Shown: in pieces, positions 57,905 to 64,000 of the stretch
Position numbering within the stretch: the first letter of the stretch is position 1
Layout: each line of letters begins with the position of its first letter
Made by a program: the position numbers and the translations under genes
NCBI GenBank assembly: GCA_011389745.1
Contig: JAABTQ010000001.1
Span: 16,497 to 80,496 of the forward strand
Length of the DNA: 64,000 nucleotides
Direction of reading: 5' to 3'
Source: Desulfobacteraceae bacterium
GTDB lineage: Bacteria; Desulfobacterota; Desulfobacteria; Desulfobacterales; SKZT01
Notes under the pieces: model-generated
The model's database searches: none
Seen by the model: only the letters and a program-made list of their open reading frames with translations
What the model was told of the DNA's origin: nothing

Positions 57905-58807
57905 ATGAACCAAATTGAATTTGAAGTCGGCGGCAAGTATGAAAACATGAAGGGAACCTATGAAGTACTTTCCATAAATGATGAGACCATGCAAATCCGT
58001 TGGGAAACCGGGGAAGAAGCTGAAACGGATATTGATTTTCAGCGGCGAATCATTGAGCGTATGGAATTTGAGCAACAAAGGCTCATTGAAAAGAAAGCCA
58101 AAAAGGCTAAAAAAGCAGCCGGAGGCGCACGTGTTAAATTTGAAGGATTGAAGGAAAGTGATTTCTCCAAAAAGGTATCAGGAACAATTTGGCGACGCCG
58201 CTCATGTCTTGGGGGAGCTGTCAAAGTTTTTTCGGATTCTGGTCGCTTGGATTCTGATCACCTTGATATCAAATCCTGGTCCATTGCTCGCAAACCCATG
58301 ATTCAATGGGCCGATGTTCGGCATCGAAATCCCGATATTTTTAGTTATCAGGGAAAGTTTTTTGTTCGTTTAAATGAGGATAAACTTTACTGTGGCTACT
58401 GCATTGAACGCTCTAAAAAAGCTGAAAAGAACCTGGGAGATTGGGATGTTTTTTTAGCATGGCTTGCAGACAATGAGAACGAACAACATCTCAAGGACAT
58501 AGCTTTCGACCGAAATCTGTGCATTTATCAGTTTAATAAAGATGGTGATATCGCCTGGAAAATTGATTCAAGCGGTGACGAATGGCGACTGGATAAAAAG
58601 GGACAGGAAAAACCTCTTGATTCTCTTGCCGATTTTTTAAAAAAGTTGTCAGAAGGATCTCGCCGCATAGATTTGCAAATCGCCAAAACCATGGACAAAA
58701 AGCAAGTTGTTGAGAAAGGCATTAATGTCGCCGATGATATCTCAGGGATATTTGAAAGCTTGTTCCCAATTTATAAAGCATCAGCCATCAATGGATTTTC
58801 CGCATAA
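57905..58807 (+). CDS. hypothetical protein
   Basis: 300-aa ORF with a GGAG RBS. Small N-terminal domain, Lys/Ala-rich linker (EKKAKKAKKAAGG), and a C-terminal domain of unknown family. Confidence 0.5.
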   Translation: MNQIEFEVGGKYENMKGTYEVLSINDETMQIRWETGEEAETDIDFQRRIIERMEFEQQRLIEKKAKKAKKAAGGARVKFEGLKESDFSKKVSGTIWRRRSCLGGAVKVFSDSGRLDSDHLDIKSWSIARKPMIQWADVRHRNPDIFSYQGKFFVRLNEDKLYCGYCIERSKKAEKNLGDWDVFLAWLADNENEQHLKDIAFDRNLCIYQFNKDGDIAWKIDSSGDEWRLDKKGQEKPLDSLADFLKKLSEGSRRIDLQIAKTMDKKQVVEKGINVADDISGIFESLFPIYKASAINGFSA

Positions 58808-58932
58808 TTTTTTTGTATTTTTCATTCTTCACAAATGCATTTGTTTCAACGTTCCAAGGCAGGGCCAAAATACAAGCCCTGCCTTTTTGGGTTCAAAATT
58901 TTCAGAAAATGAATTTTTTGGGAGAATATTGC

Positions 58933-59883
58933 ATGGGGGATAAAATCAAGATTGGCGTGAGTGCATGCCTTTTGGGGCATAAGGTCCGTTTTGATGGAGG
59001 ACATAAACATGACCGTTTTATTACGGATACTTTAGGGCAACATATGGATTTTTTCCCGGTATGTCCGGAGGTGGAAGTCGGCTTTCCGGTTCCGAGAGAA
59101 TCCTTACGCCTGGTAGGTAATCCTGAAAACCCCCGGCTCAAGACTACAAAAACCGATGAAGACCATACCGAAGGGATGCTTAACTGGGCCCATACAAGAG
59201 TCAGGGAACTCGAAAAAGAGAAATTGTGCGGGTTTATTTTCAAGAGCAAATCCCCCAGCAGTGGCATGGAAAGGGTTAAAGTCTATTCGGAAAAGGGTAT
59301 GCCACAAAAAATCGGGGTCGGTATATTTGCCCGTGCGTTTATGGATCATTTCCCGCTTATCCCGGTTGAGGAAGAAGGAAGGCTTCATGATCCCAAACTT
59401 CGAGAAAATTTTATCGAATCCATTTTTGCGTTGAAAAAATGGCGTGAAACCACAGAGAAAGACCAAAGTTTAGGCAGCCTAGTGGATTTTCACACCCGGC
59501 AAAAACTTCTTTTGCTCTCTCACAGCCCAGTCCACTACAGAAATATGGGAAAACTTGTGGCCGAAGGGAAAAAATACTCCCGGGATGAACTCTTTTCCCG
59601 GTATGAAACCCAATTGTTGGAAACGCTTAAGTTGAAAACAACCTTAAAAAAGAATATAAATGTACTTCAACACATTCTCGGGTATTTTAAAACACAACTC
59701 TCTGCTGATGAAAAACAGGAAGTATTGGAAATCATCGGGCAATACCGAATCGGCAACGTTCCATTGATAGTCCCGATAACACTTTTAAATCATTTTGTGA
59801 GAAAATACCAGGAACCTTATCTCATGAAACAAACCTATCTTAACCCTCATCCGGTGGATTTGAAGCTTCGAAACCACGTATAG
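58933..59883 (+). CDS. YbgA-like protein (DUF523/TudS-like + DUF1722)
   Basis: IGVSACLLGHKVRFDGGHK (DUF523 Cys motif) followed by a helical DUF1722-type C-terminal half. ATG 58933 was chosen. Confidence 0.75.
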   Translation: MGDKIKIGVSACLLGHKVRFDGGHKHDRFITDTLGQHMDFFPVCPEVEVGFPVPRESLRLVGNPENPRLKTTKTDEDHTEGMLNWAHTRVRELEKEKLCGFIFKSKSPSSGMERVKVYSEKGMPQKIGVGIFARAFMDHFPLIPVEEEGRLHDPKLRENFIESIFALKKWRETTEKDQSLGSLVDFHTRQKLLLLSHSPVHYRNMGKLVAEGKKYSRDELFSRYETQLLETLKLKTTLKKNINVLQHILGYFKTQLSADEKQEVLEIIGQYRIGNVPLIVPITLLNHFVRKYQEPYLMKQTYLNPHPVDLKLRNHV

Positions 59884-59919
59884 CAAAAAAATCTGCTGGG
59901 ATGGGGTCAGAAACTCTAA

Positions 59920-62772
59920 TTAACTTGCCTTGTTTGCCTTGTCCTGTATCTCTCGGACCAATCGGATAAAATGGTTAAGAACGGGGTCTTGGGATTCCTT
60001 TTCGAGCAAGTCAATATGAATTAAGTCATATATATTGAACCAGTCATCTTGAATCGCAATCTGTAGATTTGGATTGATAATGTAGCGGCCTCTTTCAATC
60101 CGGACAAAAAGTTTTCGGTTATAGGGATCTTGACGATTGATTTCGTTTTTAGAAAGAATGGCGGACAGATATGGCCGTTTTTTACGATATTCCGCTATGA
60201 CGTGATTTGGAAAATACTGAAGGGCTGAAAGAAAAGTGGCGGTTTCAAAAGAAGGGGTTTTCCAACGGGTCTCGTTCCGCAAAAGATCTTGCAACTGGGC
60301 AAGCATTGAATTCAACAGAAAAAATTCCATGAGTTTATTGTCGATTTTGATCATTTTCTTTTCCACTTTTACCTTGATGCTGGAAGGTGAAAGATCGGCA
60401 TAAATCCGTCCGATACTATCCCTGGCAAAAAAGTCATATCGATATGCCTGACGCAAAGCGATCTGAAGGGGGGTTCGTCCCCAGTTATCAGTCAGTTTGC
60501 AATTGGCCCCGTTGCCGATAAGCCATTTCACAAGCTCCTCCATGCCTAATTGAGCAGCTATCATCAAGGGTGTTTGATTGAAAGGATTGCGGAAATTCAC
60601 GCCGTAGGTTTCGACTTTTTTCTTGATCTCCGTCAGCTTTTTACCCTGATAATCCAAATGATACTTGTTTTCGATGGAGGCCCTGAATTTTTCAGGATCT
60701 TTTGCGGGATTGAACTTCAATGCTGCCAGGGATTCGAAAAGTTCAGGAACCTGATGCAACACCGCAAAATCAAAAAGGAGTTGCTTGGCTTTACGATTAT
60801 AATGTTTCGGATCAAGGGCCTCTTTTTTCAGCGAATCAATGTTTTGAGGTGTCATGATTTTCCACGGCACCTCTTTTTGGGCTAGTATGGTTCTGCGAAT
60901 TTCTTCAGCCTGTTCGTTTTTACCCTGTAATTCGAGCCGATGAGCTTCCTCTTGCCATTCTCCGGAAGTGGACACCTGAGAAACAACTTTGATATCGCCG
61001 GACCTGGTGGTAAGCCCCATAAGGGAAAACAGGCGGTGGTTCGGGTTGTTTTCGATTATGTAAACATTGGTGATACCCCGTGTAATGGCTACATAAAGGG
61101 CGTTGATAAAAAATTTATAGGCTTCCAGAGATTTGTCTTCCTTGTCTCTAGCCCGGGCGTATTTAAGTTCATGCGTGAGATCTCCGGAGTTGACACCTTC
61201 AATGATGGCATTGAATTCAAGAGTGTGACTTGAAACAAAATTAAGCAAAATAATGTTATCATATTCCAACCCCTTAACTTCATGGATGGCAAACAAAAGC
61301 GGTGTTTTGAAAAATGCGCGCGCCACCTTTTTATCTTCAGAGCGCATAACAATTACCGCTGTTCGGGCGGAACGACCGGTTTTTGAATTAAGCTCCTGCT
61401 TGGTCTTGTCCTTATCTGCCAGAAAATCGATGTCTCCTTTTGTTTCAGAAACACATCGCACCAGATAGTTGCTCTCCCGGTCAATGGATCCAAAACGAGC
61501 GTTTTTGATCAACAGCAAACGATTGGCAAGATCAGTTACGGATAATGAGTTGCGGTAATTGGCGTTTAGAACCCTGATGATTTCTCTGTACCTGTCACCT
61601 CCTTTTTCAGATCCACCTTTGGCACGCTGCTCATAAAACATCGATTTTACGGACGACCAGGAAAAGAAATTGGGATGCACAATCTGGTTGGCATCACCAC
61701 AGAGCACATAATTATTTCTGAATCTCAACATCGTTAGAATCAGCTGGATTTGTATATTTGTAAGATCCTGGACTTCATCAGCCACCACAAAATCATATTT
61801 CGGACGGCACAATCGGACATAATCGTAAGAAACCATGTTAGGTGAATAAAACTTGTTATTTTTTAAAAAATCGAGATATTTTTCAAAAATATCATAAACC
61901 GCCTCACGATCACTGTGTAAAAAAATCGACCTTCGCACACCAAGATTCAGATAGTCAGAGCGACCAAGAATGGCACGATCCACGGGATAGCCTGTCAACA
62001 CCCCGTTAAATTCTTCGTAAAGCTGATGGGTATTTTTAATGGGAGCATGATGCTTATAGCGCTCAAACCACCGTTCAAATTCCATGTAGTTGATTTCACG
62101 GCCTTCAGGTACTCGAATTGTTTCCAAAAGCTCTTTGAAGGAGAGAAAATCGATACTCTGGCGATCATTTTCGTAGTCATTGGAATAATAAAGACTTCGC
62201 GCGTTTTCAGCCAGGTAAGGCGAAAGGGTGACATACAAGATATCGCCTGCCAGGTGTTTCAGTTTTTCCAGGGTAAGCACTGTTTTGCCACTGCCAGCCG
62301 ATCCAATCACAATCAGTGGAGGACTGAGATTGAAAATCTCATGCTGAATATCATCAAATGAGATAATTTTGTCCAAAAGGTGAAAATCGGATCGCTCCGG
62401 ATTCCTGTAAACCAAAGGGGTTAGATCCCCAGTGGGTATTTGTGCGGTAGAAAAATTAAAATCAATCTTGTCTTCATCGATTTGGGCACCTCTAAGAAAC
62501 CGTGATTTTTCATAAGCATGATTTTTGATTATTTCCAACAAAAGGATGCAGCAGGACTCATTATAGCGTCCAAGGGTAAAAAGCAGACGATCCCTGCTGC
62601 TAAGTTTTGCTCTGTAATAACGGGTGCCTTTAAGTTTTTTTACATCAGCGGCACTGAAGTCGCCGGCTTGAAGCAGGCCCACAACCTTATCCAACTGTTT
62701 TGAAAGTCCCTTGGGATCCATTTCATTATATCTAAGAATTTCCATTAAATTTGTCATTTCTTTATTTTCCAA
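59920..62772 (-). CDS. SF1 (UvrD/AAA_30-like) helicase with RelE/ParE-like N-terminal domain and C-terminal ankyrin repeats
   Basis: N-terminus VKKLKGTRYYRAKLSSRDRLLFTL...CILLLEIIKNHAYEK. Walker A GSAGSGKT (62281-62304), Walker B FVVADEVQDL, LCGDANQ, NYRNS, HEVKGLEYDNIILL and LYVAITRG. Ankyrin-type repeats ...TPLMIAAQLGMEELVKWLIGNGANCKLTDNWGRTPLQIAL. Confidence 0.75.
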   Translation of the reverse strand: MENKEMTNLMEILRYNEMDPKGLSKQLDKVVGLLQAGDFSAADVKKLKGTRYYRAKLSSRDRLLFTLGRYNESCCILLLEIIKNHAYEKSRFLRGAQIDEDKIDFNFSTAQIPTGDLTPLVYRNPERSDFHLLDKIISFDDIQHEIFNLSPPLIVIGSAGSGKTVLTLEKLKHLAGDILYVTLSPYLAENARSLYYSNDYENDRQSIDFLSFKELLETIRVPEGREINYMEFERWFERYKHHAPIKNTHQLYEEFNGVLTGYPVDRAILGRSDYLNLGVRRSIFLHSDREAVYDIFEKYLDFLKNNKFYSPNMVSYDYVRLCRPKYDFVVADEVQDLTNIQIQLILTMLRFRNNYVLCGDANQIVHPNFFSWSSVKSMFYEQRAKGGSEKGGDRYREIIRVLNANYRNSLSVTDLANRLLLIKNARFGSIDRESNYLVRCVSETKGDIDFLADKDKTKQELNSKTGRSARTAVIVMRSEDKKVARAFFKTPLLFAIHEVKGLEYDNIILLNFVSSHTLEFNAIIEGVNSGDLTHELKYARARDKEDKSLEAYKFFINALYVAITRGITNVYIIENNPNHRLFSLMGLTTRSGDIKVVSQVSTSGEWQEEAHRLELQGKNEQAEEIRRTILAQKEVPWKIMTPQNIDSLKKEALDPKHYNRKAKQLLFDFAVLHQVPELFESLAALKFNPAKDPEKFRASIENKYHLDYQGKKLTEIKKKVETYGVNFRNPFNQTPLMIAAQLGMEELVKWLIGNGANCKLTDNWGRTPLQIALRQAYRYDFFARDSIGRIYADLSPSSIKVKVEKKMIKIDNKLMEFFLLNSMLAQLQDLLRNETRWKTPSFETATFLSALQYFPNHVIAEYRKKRPYLSAILSKNEINRQDPYNRKLFVRIERGRYIINPNLQIAIQDDWFNIYDLIHIDLLEKESQDPVLNHFIRLVREIQDKANKAS

Positions 62773-62794
62773 CTATCGATTCAGCTTAAAAATA

Positions 62795-64000
62795 TTACTT
62801 ATGTAGTGCCTGGATGAAAGCCAAAGCGTCCTGTTTATTCCTAAACATTCCGGAATCCTGTGCCTCTCTTGTTTTTTTTAAAATTTTTCCCATGTCCGGA
62901 CCCGGTAACACGCCCAAATTGATAAGATCCTCTCCATTAATCCAATTCTTTCTTTCAATCTGTTTTTTGATGGAAATGAAATATTCGGCGATAATTTTCC
63001 TGCACCAGTCCAGGTGTGCTTTTTTTTCTGATTCTATTGCCGATGGACCCATTTTGCTTTGGGTGTCCGCCATGCTTAAAATGATCGACATGATGGCATC
63101 ATCTCCCAAATTCCTAAAAAAACGAATGATAGTGCTTTTTTTAACCCCAATTTCAGAAAGGTTAACTACATGGAGATGTTCGGCCGCGAGCATTTCAAGA
63201 AACATCCGGCTTCTTTTGGACATCTTCAGTCGAACAGCCATATCGGATAACATAGCCTTTCCTTTGGCATCGTGACCGTAAAAACTAATCCGGCCCGATT
63301 CAGGTTTGATCTTCCGGGTGTGCGGCTTTCCGATATCGTGAAAAAGTCCGGCCATTTTTAATAGCGGAAGTCGGTCGTTTTTCCCGAGACAATCTAATAC
63401 AAAACAACTTTGATCACCAAAATAACTTTCAGGAACATTTAAAATGGTTTCACAGTTTTCCAATACACTCATGCTATGATTCCAAACATCCTGGTGATGG
63501 AATGAGTTCTGGGAGCAGGTTTTCATGGGTTGAATCTCTGGAAAAACAACCTCCAAAAGACCCAGTCGATCCATTTTTCGAATATAGGGAGTAGAGTTCG
63601 ATACAGAGAAAATTCGGATCATCTCGGACATAATCCTTTCAGTCGCTGATTCTTTAAGCCTGAAAGTTTGTTTACTAATAGAAACCGCCGTATCATGTTC
63701 AATAGTAAATTTCAATTCCGCCGAAAACCTGATTGCCCGAAGCATCCTCAACGGATCATCTTTAATGGCATGATCCGAACATAACCTGATTAACCGCTGC
63801 TCCAGATCATTTTGCCCACCCAATGGGTCGATCAGGGTCGTTGAAACACCTTTTGGGGTGATTTCCATAGCAATAGCATTGATACTGAAGTCACGACATT
63901 TGAGATCTTCATTGATATTGTCTCCCCGCATTTCTGAGAGGTCTATGACAAAGTCTTTGTTATCCCGATCAATTATCCGATAGCATGGCTCATCAGCTTT
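62795..64000 (-). CDS. CCA-adding enzyme / poly(A) polymerase-family nucleotidyltransferase with HD domain (5' end beyond window)
   Basis: RDFSINAIA head-domain motif, RAIRF and HD motif LFHDIGKP. The frame stays open upstream of the first Met to position 64000. Confidence 0.75.
   Translation of the reverse strand, partial: KADEPCYRIIDRDNKDFVIDLSEMRGDNINEDLKCRDFSINAIAMEITPKGVSTTLIDPLGGQNDLEQRLIRLCSDHAIKDDPLRMLRAIRFSAELKFTIEHDTAVSISKQTFRLKESATERIMSEMIRIFSVSNSTPYIRKMDRLGLLEVVFPEIQPMKTCSQNSFHHQDVWNHSMSVLENCETILNVPESYFGDQSCFVLDCLGKNDRLPLLKMAGLFHDIGKPHTRKIKPESGRISFYGHDAKGKAMLSDMAVRLKMSKRSRMFLEMLAAEHLHVVNLSEIGVKKSTIIRFFRNLGDDAIMSIILSMADTQSKMGPSAIESEKKAHLDWCRKIIAEYFISIKKQIERKNWINGEDLINLGVLPGPDMGKILKKTREAQDSGMFRNKQDALAFIQALHK

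Noticed and set aside
1-64000. CRISPR arrays, rRNA genes, group II intron or retron-type reverse transcriptases
   Set aside because: Reading the intergenic regions showed no regularly spaced direct repeats. No ORF has RT motifs (YxDD) or Cas signatures.
35761-64000. Direct repeat of the tRNA-Asn 3' end that would define the right end (attR) of the island
   Set aside because: I could not find a convincing copy by eye. There is only a trivial tgctggg match near 59905. This needs a computed repeat search.

Overview
The window looks like chromosome from an anaerobic, probably Desulfobacterota-type bacterium. That assignment is an inference from gene content only: HypCDEF, EtfAB, a BcrAD/HgdC-type activase fusion, multiheme cytochromes and characteristic short hairpin repeats. 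Positions 1-31 kb are ordinary core genome: the glyA 3' end, dCMP deaminase, nrdR-ribD-ribE-ribBA-ribH-nusB, a TrpB2-like gene, a dynamin-like GTPase next to a 1464-aa activase fusion, murJ, a deoxyhypusine-synthase-like gene, a hydrogenase maturation cluster, apbE, etfBA, rimO and a polyprenyl synthase. A tRNA-Asn(GTT) at 31151-31226 marks the switch to accessory DNA. Downstream lie decayed integrase pieces, a 1.9-kb IS with 18-bp inverted repeats, a frameshifted TIGR04255-type three-gene cassette and a doubly truncated ABC ATPase. These are followed by chrB-MFS-chrA, an octaheme cytochrome c, a FemAB-like gene and a P-type ATPase. The most interesting locus is a 979-aa single-gene fusion at 45775-48714 of an AEP primase-polymerase, an SF2 DEAH helicase and a PLD (HKD) nuclease. 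It sits between a repeat-truncated YoeB-like toxin relic and two attC-like integron recombination sites that frame a DUF4160/DUF2442 cassette. Further right is a compositionally mosaic stretch with a PQQ dehydrogenase, YpfJ, broken MBL and DLH genes, and a G+C-rich fur-family/catalase pair behind a perfect Fur box. The window ends with a RelE/ParE-like + SF1 helicase + ankyrin fusion downstream of a CCA-type nucleotidyltransferase. I found no CRISPR array and no rRNA. All calls rest on reading the translations and the DNA by eye; no searches or computations were run.
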